Source of the DNA: an uncultured Nitrospiraceae bacterium
GTDB lineage: Bacteria; Nitrospirota; Thermodesulfovibrionia; Thermodesulfovibrionales; Dissulfurispiraceae
Length of the DNA stretch: 64,000 nt
Direction: 5' to 3'
NCBI GenBank assembly: GCA_963705105.1
Contig: CAVPIW010000005.1
Coordinates: 128,001-192,000 of the forward strand
The notes under the pieces are model-generated. The model saw only the letters and a program-made list of their open reading frames with translations, did no database searches and was not told the origin of the DNA. This document shows positions 1-9,946 of this stretch, piece after piece. The position numbers were made by a program, and so were the translations under genes. Each line of letters starts with the position of its first letter. Within the stretch, counting starts at the first letter, position 1.

Positions 1-171
1 CCTTCTAAAGAGTCTCCGCGACGGGGCCTTTTCACTGATGGACGTCAGGATGATCCCCTGCTTGCGCAGGTTCGTGATGACGTCGTCCTTGTTCGGCGCC
101 GTCATCTCGCCGGTCTGGACACCTCCTTTCATGGATCTCCCGGACCACTTATAGGTAATCGCAGCTGCCAT
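1..171 (-). CDS. pilC: Type IV pilus/T2SS F-family inner membrane protein, N-terminal part (runs off window)
   Basis: Translates MAAAITYKWSGRSMKGGVQTGEMTAPNKDDVITNLRKQGIILTSI, a typical PilC/GspF N-terminus; AGGAG RBS upstream. Confidence 0.75.
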   Translation of the reverse strand, partial: MAAAITYKWSGRSMKGGVQTGEMTAPNKDDVITNLRKQGIILTSISEKAPSRRLFRR

Positions 172-281
172 GGTAACTCCTCATCATAACCGGCTCAATC
201 ACCGGTAGTCTGGATTTGGGACGACCTGCGCCATCGGGGTTCTCCCTGTTTGGTCAGGCGCAGGAAAATGGTTTTCTTTTT

Positions 282-308
282 TTATCGGCGGGTGCGCTCA
301 GATCTTGA
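282..308 (-). promoter_or_regulatory. Putative sigma28 (FliA) promoter of pilC
   Basis: Minus strand TCAAG-N14-GCCGATAA. Confidence 0.55.
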
Positions 309-316
309 GACGAATC

Positions 317-355
317 AAAAGAAATCCCTCTCGGAAACGTTCCCGAGAGGGATTT
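317..355 (-). terminator. Intrinsic terminator downstream of folD
   Basis: 13-bp stem aaatccctctcgg/ccgagagggattt followed by CTTTT on minus strand. Confidence 0.7.
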
Positions 356-390
356 GCGTTACTTATAAAGCCTCAATCGGTCTGTAATCC

Positions 391-477
391 TGTCATTCCG
401 GCATGTCCGGAATCTTTCTTCTGCTTCAGAAGGATTCCCGACGCACCCGCATCGAGTGCGGGTTTGCGGGAATGACA
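391..477. repeat. REP-like palindromic element (TGTCATTCC...GGAATGACA family)
   Basis: Nested palindromes; related copies at 3560, 37637, 46348, 46500. Confidence 0.8.
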
Positions 478-520
478 AACCCTGTGGCTTTATTTATGAC
501 TTCGTTAGTATCTTGCGGCT

Positions 521-1429
521 TTAGGCGATGCCTGCGGCCCTCTTCGCCGAGGCGACGGTGTTCTTCATGAGCATGGTGATGGTCATCGGCCCGACGCCGC
601 CCGGAACAGGGGTGATCGCCCCCGCGATCTCCTTGGCTGCATCGAAATCGACGTCTCCCCTCAGGATGGGAACAGGCTTGCCGGTCTTCTCGCTGATCTT
701 CTCGCCGACGCGGTTCACGCCGACATCGATGACGCAGGAGCCGGGCTTGATCCACTCGGGCTTCACGAGGCCCGGCACGCCGGCGGCGACGATGAGGATG
801 TCGGCCCTCTTGCAGTGGTCGGCGAGGTTCTTCGTCCCGGTATGGACGACCGTGACGGTGGCGTTTGCTCCCTTGCCCTTCTGGAGCATCATGACGGCGA
901 TGGGCTTGCCGACGATGTTCGAACGTCCCACGACGACGACTTCGGCGCCGGACGTGTCGAAGCCGGCGCGGACGATGAGCTCCTGGATGCCGGCAGGCGT
1001 GCAGGGCTTGAATACGGCCTCCTTACCGCCGATCATGAGACGGCCCACATTAACGGGGTGGAAGGCGTCCACGTCCTTGTCGGGATCGATGGCGTTGAGG
1101 ATCTTCTTCTCATCGACATGTTTGGGCAGGGGGAGCTGGACGAGAATGCCGTGGATCTTGGGGTCCTTATTGTATTTGTCGACGAGCGCGAGCAGGTCCG
1201 CTTCGGGGAGCTCTGCAGGCTGATTGTCCTGGATGGAGAAGAACCCGAGCTCGTGGGCCGTCTTCTGCTTGCCCGTCACATAGCTGACCGATGCAGGGTT
1301 CATGCCGATCAGGATGGTGACCAGTCCGGGGGTAACCCCGTGCTTCTCCTTCATCTCGGCGACTTCCTTCTTCAGTTCCTCCCTGATCTGTGCTGCCACT
1401 TCCGTACCGCTTATAATCTTTGCTGACAT
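521..1429 (-). CDS. folD: Methylenetetrahydrofolate dehydrogenase/cyclohydrolase
   Basis: GILVQLPLP, KDVD, PCTP, GRSNIVGKP, TPVPGGVGPMT motifs. Confidence 0.97.
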   Translation of the reverse strand: MSAKIISGTEVAAQIREELKKEVAEMKEKHGVTPGLVTILIGMNPASVSYVTGKQKTAHELGFFSIQDNQPAELPEADLLALVDKYNKDPKIHGILVQLPLPKHVDEKKILNAIDPDKDVDAFHPVNVGRLMIGGKEAVFKPCTPAGIQELIVRAGFDTSGAEVVVVGRSNIVGKPIAVMMLQKGKGANATVTVVHTGTKNLADHCKRADILIVAAGVPGLVKPEWIKPGSCVIDVGVNRVGEKISEKTGKPVPILRGDVDFDAAKEIAGAITPVPGGVGPMTITMLMKNTVASAKRAAGIA

Positions 1430-1456
1430 CTTCTTCCTCCTTTTTTATGGGTTGTG

Positions 1457-2020
1457 CTATTCATGCCGTTGTTTGATGAGCGCGAGCAGCTCTTCCCGCG
1501 TGCTCTGCTTGCTCCTGAAGGTACCGCGCACGGCCGACGTGACCGTTCTTGACCCCGGCTTCTTGATGCCCCTCATACTCATGCAGAGGTGCTCGGCATC
1601 GATGATGACCATGCATCCTTTCGGCCTGAGCTTTTCCATGATCACATCGGCGAGCTGCGCCGTTAAACGCTCCTGGACCTGCGGCCTCTTTGCAAAATGC
1701 TCCAGCGCCTTGACGAGCTCGCTGAGTCCGACGATCTTTCCCGCAGGGATGTAGGCGATATGGGCCGTTCCGCTGAAGGGCAGGATATGGTGCTCACAGA
1801 CCGAGTAGAAAGGAATGTCCCTGAGCAGGACCATCTCATCGTGGCTCTCCCCCTCAATGGGCTTGAGGAGGTCCTCGACGGACGACTCGAGGCCCGAAAA
1901 TATCTCCGCAAACATGTCCGCCACCCGCCTCGGCGTATCCTTCAGACCCGGTCTTTCCGAGTCCTCACCGATGCCCTCGATGATGAGCCGCATGCCTTGC
2001 CTGATCTTCTCCTTATCCAT
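1457..2020 (-). CDS. folE: GTP cyclohydrolase I
   Basis: [27 protein letters not shown] motifs. Confidence 0.97.
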   Translation of the reverse strand: MDKEKIRQGMRLIIEGIGEDSERPGLKDTPRRVADMFAEIFSGLESSVEDLLKPIEGESHDEMVLLRDIPFYSVCEHHILPFSGTAHIAYIPAGKIVGLSELVKALEHFAKRPQVQERLTAQLADVIMEKLRPKGCMVIIDAEHLCMSMRGIKKPGSRTVTSAVRGTFRSKQSTREELLALIKQRHE

Positions 2021-2591
2021 GACGCCCGATGGCCCTCTCGTCCGTTATGACCTTGTCCATTTTCACATCGTGGGGCTCATGGGGGATGACCGGCATCACC
2101 TGTTCCTCGTATGCCAGTGCCGCGGCAACCCCCCTTCTTGCGGAGAGGAGTTTGTCATAGTAACCCTTGCCGTAGCCCATTCTGTTGCATGCTTCGTCAA
2201 AGGCGGCGCCGGGGACGACGATGAAATCCATATCTTCGATGGCTTTTTCTCCCCTCCCGGAGGAACGGGGCTCCGGAATGCCCAGGTATCCCGGGGCGAG
2301 GTCGTCCAGGGACTGTATAACAAAGAGCCGGAGCACGTCCCCCTCTCTGTCCACCCTCGGCAATACCGTGACCTTCCCACCGGCGAGGCAATCACTGATC
2401 AGGCCGAATGTATCGACTTCGCTCCTGAAAGACGCATAGAGAAGCACCGTTCGAGCCTTCCGGTACTCCTCGAGACCCTGCACGCGCTCCCTGATCCTGC
2501 GGTCTTTCTCGCTCCTCAGGTCACCGGGGAGTGCGTCACGCCTCCGGAGAACCTCGATCCTCAGCGATTTCTTGTCCGTGAGGGCCGCCAC
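2013..2591 (-). CDS. ygfA: 5-formyltetrahydrofolate cyclo-ligase
   Basis: [24 protein letters not shown] motifs. Confidence 0.93.
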   Translation of the reverse strand: MAALTDKKSLRIEVLRRRDALPGDLRSEKDRRIRERVQGLEEYRKARTVLLYASFRSEVDTFGLISDCLAGGKVTVLPRVDREGDVLRLFVIQSLDDLAPGYLGIPEPRSSGRGEKAIEDMDFIVVPGAAFDEACNRMGYGKGYYDKLLSARRGVAAALAYEEQVMPVIPHEPHDVKMDKVITDERAIGRHG

Positions 2592-2604
2592 TCCTGCTGA
2601 AGCC

Positions 2605-3387
2605 TCAGTCCTTTCCGAAGGACTCGACCAGTTTCTGCTTGATCTGTTTTATCTCTTCGACGGCCTGCGTTGCTCCTTTGAATGGAGAGATGCCGCCGAG
2701 ATCGGAGTCCATGACGGACTGGCTGAACTTGATGGCGCCCAGGAATTCCATGTCCTTGATATTGCTTTTGAGAAATGCGATATCGTCGTCGTTCCGCACC
2801 TTGTTGGCGACGACATAGACCTTCTTGACGCCCAGCCCCTTCGCCAGGTCCTTGACGGTGTTCGCCGTCTGCACCGATCGCTGACCGGGCTCAACGACGA
2901 CGATGAAGGCGTCGACGGACTCGGCCGTTCCTCTCGTGAGGTGTTCGATGCCCGCTTCCATGTCGACGACGATTACCTCGTCCCTCTCGAGAACGAGATG
3001 TTTCAGCAGCCTCCGCAGGAGCGCGCTTTCGGGACAGTAGCAGCCTGAGGCGGCGACCTTCGGTTTCCCCATGACGAGGAGTATTATGCCGTTTATCCGG
3101 TATCCGAGACCCTCCGGGATATCATCGACCTTGGGATTCAGCTTGAACATGCCGCCGACGGTGCCGGGCTTCGCTCCCGTCCTCTCCTCGATGAGCTTTT
3201 CCATCTCGGCGATCGGCCTGATGTACGCGAGTTCTTCAGCCTTGACCCCCAGTGCCTGGGCGAGGTTCGCATCGGGATCGGCATCGACGGCTATGACCCG
3301 CCGTCCCTCCGAGGCGAAGAGGTAACTCAGAACGGCCGAGAGAGTCGTCTTTCCTACACCGCCTTTGCCGGTAACTGCAATCTTCAT
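2605..3387 (-). CDS. cooC: CooC/AcsF-type nickel insertion ATPase (CODH/ACS maturation)
   Basis: GKGGVGKT Walker A, DADP, GCYC metal motif, DMEAGIEHLTRG. Confidence 0.92.
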   Translation of the reverse strand: MKIAVTGKGGVGKTTLSAVLSYLFASEGRRVIAVDADPDANLAQALGVKAEELAYIRPIAEMEKLIEERTGAKPGTVGGMFKLNPKVDDIPEGLGYRINGIILLVMGKPKVAASGCYCPESALLRRLLKHLVLERDEVIVVDMEAGIEHLTRGTAESVDAFIVVVEPGQRSVQTANTVKDLAKGLGVKKVYVVANKVRNDDDIAFLKSNIKDMEFLGAIKFSQSVMDSDLGGISPFKGATQAVEEIKQIKQKLVESFGKD

Positions 3388-3559
3388 TTCTTACACCGCC
3401 TTGTTTTGTAATGATTCATCGATACGGAGAAAAATCGTCACCATTATACCATAAGTCCGGGAAAATGAACATGCGCATTCCTGATGTGTCCGTCCGGCAT
3501 TATTCACAGGGTGAGCTTATCAAGAATACTGTACACAACGGCACGAGTCCCTGACAGTT

Positions 3560-3649
3560 TGTCATTCCTGCTTGTCCGGAATCCTTCTTCCGAACGGGAA
3601 CGATGCCGGAATGATCCCCTACTTTGCGGGGACAAATGCCGGCGTAACA
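3560..3649. repeat. Degenerate TGTCATTCC-family palindromic element
   Basis: tgtcattcctgcttgtccggaatc matches the left half of the 391 copy. Confidence 0.55.
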
Positions 3650-3738
3650 GGCGCAACCCTCTCTGGAAGACAATTGGCTATTGGATGGGAACGTCTGACC
3701 AGGGGCACGGATTCCTCCGTGCCCCTGTTACATGCAAT

Positions 3739-4719
3739 TTATGCTTCGGGAATGTTGGGACGAGGATAGAGGCCGGCCGCCTTGACGATCTTCTCGATGG
3801 CCGTCTCCCACTCGATGGCCTGGATGTGCACACCCTTGATGCCGGGAATCTCCAGCACCTGCTGGACCAGCTCCACGGTGATCTTGATCCCTTCCTCCTC
3901 CTGCAGCTCCTTCGCCTTCTTCTTGTCGTCCCCAGCCGCGTCCTTCGCCTTCGCCATGCGCTGGATCATCGATTTCGGCACCGAGACGCCGGCGACGGAG
4001 GCGTCCATGTACTTGAGCATCATGGCGGTCCTCGGCACGATGATGCCTCCGAGGATGGCCGTGTGTTCATGGACTCCGAGGTTCCGCGCTTTTTCCATCT
4101 GTGACCTGAAAATCTCTATGTCAAAGATGCCCTGGGTCTGGATGAAGTCAGCCCCGGCGTCAACCTTCTTCTTCAGGTTTATAGGCCTGAAATCCAGGGG
4201 ATCACCGGCGGGGGTCCAGGATGCGCCGACAAAGAATTTCGGCGGCACTTCCAGCTTGTCTCCGCCCTGCTGGAGGCCCTCGTCACGCATCTTTTTCAGG
4301 ATGCCGACGAGCTGGCATGTGTCGACATCATAGACGTTCTTCGCGCCGGGATGGCCCTTCAACCGTCCTGCCGAGCTGAATTTCTGATGGTCACCCGCTA
4401 TGCAGAGACAGTTTTTGAGACCCAGCGCCGCTGCGCCGAGCAGGTCCGCCTGCATGGCGATCCTGTTCCGGTCCCGGCAGGTCATCTGCATGACGGGCTC
4501 GAGGCCTTCACGCCAGGCCAGCACCGCGCCTGCTATGCTTGAGATCCTGACGACGGCCGTCTGGCAATCGGTGATGTTGGCGGCATCGCAGAATCCCTTG
4601 AGGATATGCGCCTTATGAATGACCTCTGCGGGGTCGGCGCTCATGGGCGGGCCCAACTCGGCCGTAACGGCCGGCTGCCCACTCAGAATTACCCGTTCCA
4701 GATTGCTTCCACTCTTCAT
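3739..4719 (-). CDS. metF: Methylenetetrahydrofolate reductase, catalytic subunit
   Basis: TAELGPP, ANITD, QMTCRDRNR, KKVDAGADFIQTQ. Confidence 0.95.
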   Translation of the reverse strand: MKSGSNLERVILSGQPAVTAELGPPMSADPAEVIHKAHILKGFCDAANITDCQTAVVRISSIAGAVLAWREGLEPVMQMTCRDRNRIAMQADLLGAAALGLKNCLCIAGDHQKFSSAGRLKGHPGAKNVYDVDTCQLVGILKKMRDEGLQQGGDKLEVPPKFFVGASWTPAGDPLDFRPINLKKKVDAGADFIQTQGIFDIEIFRSQMEKARNLGVHEHTAILGGIIVPRTAMMLKYMDASVAGVSVPKSMIQRMAKAKDAAGDDKKKAKELQEEEGIKITVELVQQVLEIPGIKGVHIQAIEWETAIEKIVKAAGLYPRPNIPEA

Positions 4720-4740
4720 ATTGTCCTTCCTCCCGCCCTT

Positions 4741-5448
4741 CTATCCTTTCTGTGCTTCCTTTTGTTCTTCCTGTTCTTCAAAGGCCCGAATGTGCTCGAG
4801 CGATATCCTCCGGGGACCGCCATGGAATGACGTCGACCAGTTCCTCGGCGGCTGGACTTCGGTCAGCTTTTCGAGCTGACCGATCTGCTTCATCCTCTCG
4901 ACGATCAGGAACCATCCGCAGTCGACCTCGTCACCGACTTCGCATTTTCCCTTGTTGGTCCCGCCGCATGGTCCGTTCATGAGGGACTTTGTGCACCGCG
5001 CGATGGGGCAGATGCCGCCCGTCAGGTGGACGATGCAGTTGCCGCATCCCAGGCAGAGCTCGGTGAACTTGCCGGGCTCCGGCACGGCGCCGTAGAACGA
5101 CGTGTTGACGCCGGGGTAGACAGGTATGTTCCCGATCCTGTCGGCCAGGAAATTGACGCCCACACCGCAGGCCGTCGAGACGACGAGGCTCTGCTTCCTC
5201 AGCTCGTCCATGACAGGATCGAAGTACTCGGGCTCACACTGCCTCATGATGCCGTTGGTGTTGATGGTCATATCCTTGCCTTCCTGAGCCGCTTTCATCT
5301 TCAGCATGGAGCCGATGATCTCCGCCTCCTTGCCGCCTCCTGCATGGCATATCGCAACGCAGGTGTTGCAGCCGAGGATATAGACCGACTTGTAATCCTT
5401 TACCATATCCCAGATTTCTTCAAATGGCTTTTGTGTGCCAACAATCAT
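4741..5448 (-). CDS. metV: Methylene-THF reductase Fe-S subunit MetV
   Basis: Cys-rich CLGCGNC...GICPIARCTKSLMNGPCGG...CE...CGW; directly upstream of metF. Confidence 0.92.
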   Translation of the reverse strand: MIVGTQKPFEEIWDMVKDYKSVYILGCNTCVAICHAGGGKEAEIIGSMLKMKAAQEGKDMTINTNGIMRQCEPEYFDPVMDELRKQSLVVSTACGVGVNFLADRIGNIPVYPGVNTSFYGAVPEPGKFTELCLGCGNCIVHLTGGICPIARCTKSLMNGPCGGTNKGKCEVGDEVDCGWFLIVERMKQIGQLEKLTEVQPPRNWSTSFHGGPRRISLEHIRAFEEQEEQKEAQKG

Positions 5449-5461
5449 TGTTCGTCACTCC

Positions 5462-5959
5462 TTATGTATCCCGTTTACACTTTGCGATCCAGATCGGCGA
5501 GGGACCCAGATTCTTAATCTTTTCCGTGAACACCGTACAGATCTCGGCCCATTTCGGACCCATGGCAGCCGAGAGATTGAACATCTCGACGCGCTCGGGA
5601 TCGATGCCGACCTTGGGCAGCAATGTTTTTAAGTACTTGACCCTTCTCGCTGCGTATGTATTACCTACCAGGTAATGACATTGCTCCTGCAGTCAACCGG
5701 CCACGAAGACCCCGTCCACCCCCTTCTCAAAGGCACGGAGAATATGCATGTGATCGAGCTTTCCCGTGCAGGGAAGCCTGATCACCTTCACATTCGAGGG
5801 GTAGGAGAGTCTCATGACGCCGGCAAGGTCTGCAGCTGCAAAGGCGCAGAAATGGCAGGCGAAGGCCAGTATGTTCGGCTCCCATCCGGGGGGAGCTTCA
5901 TGGGGTTTCTCTATGGGAGAACCCTCCTTCTGTGGTGCAGACTCCACGACAGTTGCCAT
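5462..5959 (-). CDS. mvhD: MvhD/FlpD [2Fe-2S] subunit, selenoprotein (UGA at 5693-5695 read as Sec), 165 aa
   Basis: FACHFC, LPCTG, then VFVAG-UGA-LQEQCHYLVGN continuing in frame (GIDPERVEMFNLSAA...) to TAA at 5462; UGA replaces the conserved Cys. Confidence 0.92.
5656..5681 (-). promoter_or_regulatory. Bacterial SECIS element of mvhD
   Basis: Hairpin atgt-c-attacct-GGT-aggtaat-acat starting about 12 nt after the UGA. Confidence 0.8.
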
Positions 5960-6014
5960 TCTTTGTCTCTTCCTCCTGCTGTATTTATAAAACGTTTATC
6001 CTAATACTGATTTC

Positions 6015-9000
6015 CTAACATTCCACGGCGGCGTCGATCATCGCAGTGATCTGGTCGTCCCTGAAGCTGTTCACCTGGAACGCCTTGGCCGGGCAGATGC
6101 CGGCGCAGATGCCGCAGCCGTGGCACTTCACCTCGTTGTGAGCCACCCTGCCCTCTTCATCGATGTACGGCGAATTGAAGGGGCAGACCCTGAAGCAGCT
6201 CAGGCAGGACATGCAGTAGTCCCTCCTGTGCTTGGCGATGATGCCGGAGACGGCGAGCCGCTCGTGGGAGAGGACGACGCCTGCCCGGCCGGCCGCCGCG
6301 AGGGCCTGGCTGATCGTTTCGTCGAGGTTCTTCGGCGCATGGGCAAGGCCTGTCACGAAGATGCCTTCACTCGGGAAGTCGACGGGACGGAGCTTGACGT
6401 GGGCTTCGAGGAAGTATCCGTCGGGATTGCGGGTGACCTTGTACATCTCACCCACCTTGCCCGTCGTCGGGTGAGGCCTGAGACCCGTCGAAAGCACAAG
6501 CCAGTCGGCGTCGAGCACGATCTCCCTGTTGAGCATGTAGTCCCAGGTCTTGATCTTCAGCTTGTCCCCGACCTGTTCCACTTCCGGTTTCCGGTCCACT
6601 TCATAGCGCACGAAGAGGACGCCCTTGTCACGGGCGAGCTTGAAGTAATCTTCCCTGAGGCCGTAGGTCCGGATATCCCTGTAGAGGATCGCGACGTAGG
6701 CCTTCGGGTTCTTCTCCTTTATCGCTATGGCATTCTTGATGGCATCCTGGCAGCAGATCCTCGAGCAGTACTGGTTGGGTTCCTCCCTGGAGCCGACGCA
6801 CTGGACCATGACGAACCGCTCTCCCGCCTTGGGCTGCTGACCTCCCGCAAGGGTCTTTTCAAGCTCCCGCTGGGTGATGACCCGGTCGCTCTCCTGGTAC
6901 ATGTATTCCGTCGGCTGATACTCGACGCCTCCCGTTGCGAGCACAATGGCGCCGTGGTCGAAAGAGTTTCCGTCCGTGAGAATCGTCTTGAAATTGCCGA
7001 CAAACCCCTCTGTTTTTGACACCTCAACGCCGGTATGCAGCTTGATGCGGGGATGGGACTGCACAGCCGCGATCCTCTCTTTGAGGAACGCCTGCACATC
7101 GTTTCCCTCGAGGTTCCGGTAGAGGTTTCTCGTGAGACCTCCGAGCTCGCTCTCCTTTTCGACGACATGGACATCGAAGCCCTGATCGGCGAGGGAGAGG
7201 GCCGTCGTCATCCCGGCTATGCCGCCGCCGATGATCATCGCCGTCGGGGTAACGCCGACGGTCTCCGTCGTCAGGGGCTCCAGCAGCCTCGCCTTGGCGA
7301 TGGCCATCTTGGTGATCTGTATAGCCTTCTTCGTCGCCTCCTCCTTGTGTCCCATATGGCACCACGAGCACTGCTCGCGGATGTCGGCGAGGTCGAAGAG
7401 ATACTTGTTCAGTCCCGCTTCGCGGATTGTCTCCTGGAAGAGGGGTTCGTGGGTCCTGGGCGTACAGGATGCGACGACGATCCGGTTCAGGCTGTGCTCC
7501 TTGATGAGCTGTTTCAGGATCTCCTGGCTGTCCTGGGCGCAGGCATACACCGTGTTCGTCGCGTAGACGACTCCGGGCAGATCCTTGACGGCCTCGACGA
7601 CCTGCTCGACATCCACCGTGCCGGCGATATTGATGCCGCAGTGGCATACGAAGATGCCGATCCTGGGCTCCTGGCCCTTGACGTCGGTCTCCGGCGGCAG
7701 TTCCTTCTTGATAGTTTCTGTCCCCCTGGCTTCACCGAGGAGGGACATCGCCTCTCCTGCCACGGCGCTTCCCTGCATGACCGTATCAGGAATGTCCTTC
7801 GGACCCTGGTAGGTGCCGGTCACGTAGATGCCTTCCCGCGACGTCGCGATAGGCTTAAGCGGAGAGGTCTTGGCGAAGCGGTACTCGTTCATCTCGATGC
7901 CGAAGGTCTTCGCGAATGCTTCCGCATCCTTGTGGGGTTCGAATCCGATGGACAGGACAGCCATGTCGAAAGTCTCATCGACGAGCTTGCCGTCTTCGGT
8001 GGCATACCTGAGGATGAGGTTCCCCGTCTCGGGCTCCTCGCGGATCGCGGAGATCATGGCGCGCTGGTACCGCACACCATAGTCCTTTTTTGCCCTCTCC
8101 ACATACTTGTCGAAGTCCTTGCCGAAGGCCCTCATCTCCATGAAGAAGATCGTGGGCTCGACATGGGCATCATGTTCCTTGGCGATGATCGACTGCTTCG
8201 TCGCATACATGCAGCAGACAGACGAACACCAGGGGTTTGCGTTGTGGTTATCCCGCGACCCGACGCACTGGATCCAGGCGATCTTGTGGGGGTGCTTCCC
8301 GTCGAAGGGACGCTTCACCTCTCCCTTGTACGGACCGGATGCCGAAAGGATACGCTCGAACTGGATTGCAGAGACGACGTTCTTCCACCGCCCGAGTCCG
8401 AGTTCGCCCCTCACCCTCGCATCGTACCGGTCAAGTCCCGGGCAGAGGATGATGGCGCCGACGTGCAGCTCGAGCATCTTTTCCTTGTCTTCATAGTTGA
8501 TCGCGCCGGCCTTGCAGACCTCCTGACATTTCTGGCACTTGCCCTTTGTCATGTAGAGGCACTGTGTCGGGTCGATGGCCCTCGTGTTCGGAACCGCCTG
8601 GGGGAAGAGGGAGTAAATGGCCCTGCGCGTCGCCAGTCCCTGCTCGAATTCGCTCGGGACGCCGCGCTTGGGGCACTTTGCCTCGCAGTCGCCGCAGCCT
8701 GTGCACTTGACCGGATCGACAAACCGCGGCGCCAGTCTCACCTTCACCGTGAAATCGCCCGGAACGCCCTCCACAGAGACGACCTCGGCAAGGGTATGGA
8801 TGTCGACGTTGAGATGGCGTCCGACCTCGACCATTTTGGGCGAGATCATACACATCGAGCAGTCTCCCGTCGGGAAGGTCTTGTCGAGCATGACCATGGT
8901 ACCGCCGATGGAGGACTCCTTCTGGACCATATGGACCTTGAAGCCGCTGTCAGCGAGGTCCAGGGCGGCCTGCATGCCGCCGATACCGCCGCCGACGATC

Positions 9001-9041
9001 AGGACGGACCCTCTTTTATTGGTTGATGCTTTCTCGTTCAT
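6015..9041 (-). CDS. hdrA: Heterodisulfide reductase subunit A-like flavoprotein (two FAD modules, 1008 aa)
   Basis: GGGIGG and GGGIAG FAD motifs, DKTFPT, two QCVGSR...CS..CC motifs, ferredoxin motifs, CTPRTHE. Confidence 0.95.
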   Translation of the reverse strand: MNEKASTNKRGSVLIVGGGIGGMQAALDLADSGFKVHMVQKESSIGGTMVMLDKTFPTGDCSMCMISPKMVEVGRHLNVDIHTLAEVVSVEGVPGDFTVKVRLAPRFVDPVKCTGCGDCEAKCPKRGVPSEFEQGLATRRAIYSLFPQAVPNTRAIDPTQCLYMTKGKCQKCQEVCKAGAINYEDKEKMLELHVGAIILCPGLDRYDARVRGELGLGRWKNVVSAIQFERILSASGPYKGEVKRPFDGKHPHKIAWIQCVGSRDNHNANPWCSSVCCMYATKQSIIAKEHDAHVEPTIFFMEMRAFGKDFDKYVERAKKDYGVRYQRAMISAIREEPETGNLILRYATEDGKLVDETFDMAVLSIGFEPHKDAEAFAKTFGIEMNEYRFAKTSPLKPIATSREGIYVTGTYQGPKDIPDTVMQGSAVAGEAMSLLGEARGTETIKKELPPETDVKGQEPRIGIFVCHCGINIAGTVDVEQVVEAVKDLPGVVYATNTVYACAQDSQEILKQLIKEHSLNRIVVASCTPRTHEPLFQETIREAGLNKYLFDLADIREQCSWCHMGHKEEATKKAIQITKMAIAKARLLEPLTTETVGVTPTAMIIGGGIAGMTTALSLADQGFDVHVVEKESELGGLTRNLYRNLEGNDVQAFLKERIAAVQSHPRIKLHTGVEVSKTEGFVGNFKTILTDGNSFDHGAIVLATGGVEYQPTEYMYQESDRVITQRELEKTLAGGQQPKAGERFVMVQCVGSREEPNQYCSRICCQDAIKNAIAIKEKNPKAYVAILYRDIRTYGLREDYFKLARDKGVLFVRYEVDRKPEVEQVGDKLKIKTWDYMLNREIVLDADWLVLSTGLRPHPTTGKVGEMYKVTRNPDGYFLEAHVKLRPVDFPSEGIFVTGLAHAPKNLDETISQALAAAGRAGVVLSHERLAVSGIIAKHRRDYCMSCLSCFRVCPFNSPYIDEEGRVAHNEVKCHGCGICAGICPAKAFQVNSFRDDQITAMIDAAVEC

Positions 9042-9913
9042 ACCAGATTTAACTCCTTTAAAAGTCTCACTGATTCTACGAAATGCCTGTCGACGTGCAT
9101 CTGGCTTGGGCTCAGGCCCATGGCGAGACCGACGAGCTCGGTGATGAAATAGACAGGCAGCTTTTGCTGGATCCCGTGTTTATTCACAACGTCGTTCTGA
9201 TACATGTCGAGGTTGAGCTGGCACATTGGACATGTCACAACGAAGCAGTTGGCGCCCCTGCCGATGGCGTCCTTCATGATTTTCGACATGAGGAAGAGAG
9301 AGACGTCGCCGTCATTGACCGATGCCGAGGCGCCGCAGCAGTCGGTCTTGTAGCTCCATTCGACAGGCTGGGCGCCGAGGGCCTTGCAGACGTTCTCCAT
9401 TCCCTGGGGGTTCTCGACATTATCGGGAATGGCGATGTCGCCGGGGAACCGTGTCAGCAGGCAACCGTAATAGCACGCGGGCTTGAGGCCCTCGAGCTTC
9501 TTCGTCACAACGTCGCCGAAATCCTTTGACTTGGTCTTGTTGACGAGCAGTTCGACGATGCTCCTGATCTTGACGTTTCCCTGGACCTTCTTCGCCAGTT
9601 CGGCGTTGATGACATTTTTCAAACCCTGGTCTTCGGCGAGTCTCTTTTGTGAGACGAGCATCCTGCTGTAACAGGACGAGCAGGGTATCAGAATCTCGGA
9701 CATGCCGCTCGCGTCGGCGATCCCGAGGTTGCGTGCCGGTAGTGCGACGGCAAGGAACTCGTTCGTCTTGCTCGCCGACGTGGCGCCGCAGCAGTTCCAG
9801 TCCTCTATCTCCTTAAGCTCGATCCCGAGCTTCTTGAACACGAGTTTGCTCTGCAGGTCGTACAGCTCCGATGAGGCGTGCAGTGAACATCCCGGATAGT
9901 AGGCTATTTCCAT
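9038..9913 (-). CDS. hdrB: Heterodisulfide reductase subunit B-like
   Basis: YYPGC, CCG, CxxC repeated twice (two CCG domains). Confidence 0.93.
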   Translation of the reverse strand: MEIAYYPGCSLHASSELYDLQSKLVFKKLGIELKEIEDWNCCGATSASKTNEFLAVALPARNLGIADASGMSEILIPCSSCYSRMLVSQKRLAEDQGLKNVINAELAKKVQGNVKIRSIVELLVNKTKSKDFGDVVTKKLEGLKPACYYGCLLTRFPGDIAIPDNVENPQGMENVCKALGAQPVEWSYKTDCCGASASVNDGDVSLFLMSKIMKDAIGRGANCFVVTCPMCQLNLDMYQNDVVNKHGIQQKLPVYFITELVGLAMGLSPSQMHVDRHFVESVRLLKELNLV

Positions 9914-9946
9914 ATTTTCCCTCTACATCTCACGTGACCGCAAGGG

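Noticed and set aside
3516..3525. CTTATCAAGA as the start of a SAM-I riboswitch near metF
   Set aside because: No downstream GAGGGA/GCAACC core, and wrong strand and position
7035..9026. 663-aa + strand ORF and similar long antisense ORFs (e.g. 26276-27988, 28884-30335, 31490-32749)
   Set aside because: Shadow frames opposite well-supported genes, expected with GC-rich codon bias; no recognisable motifs
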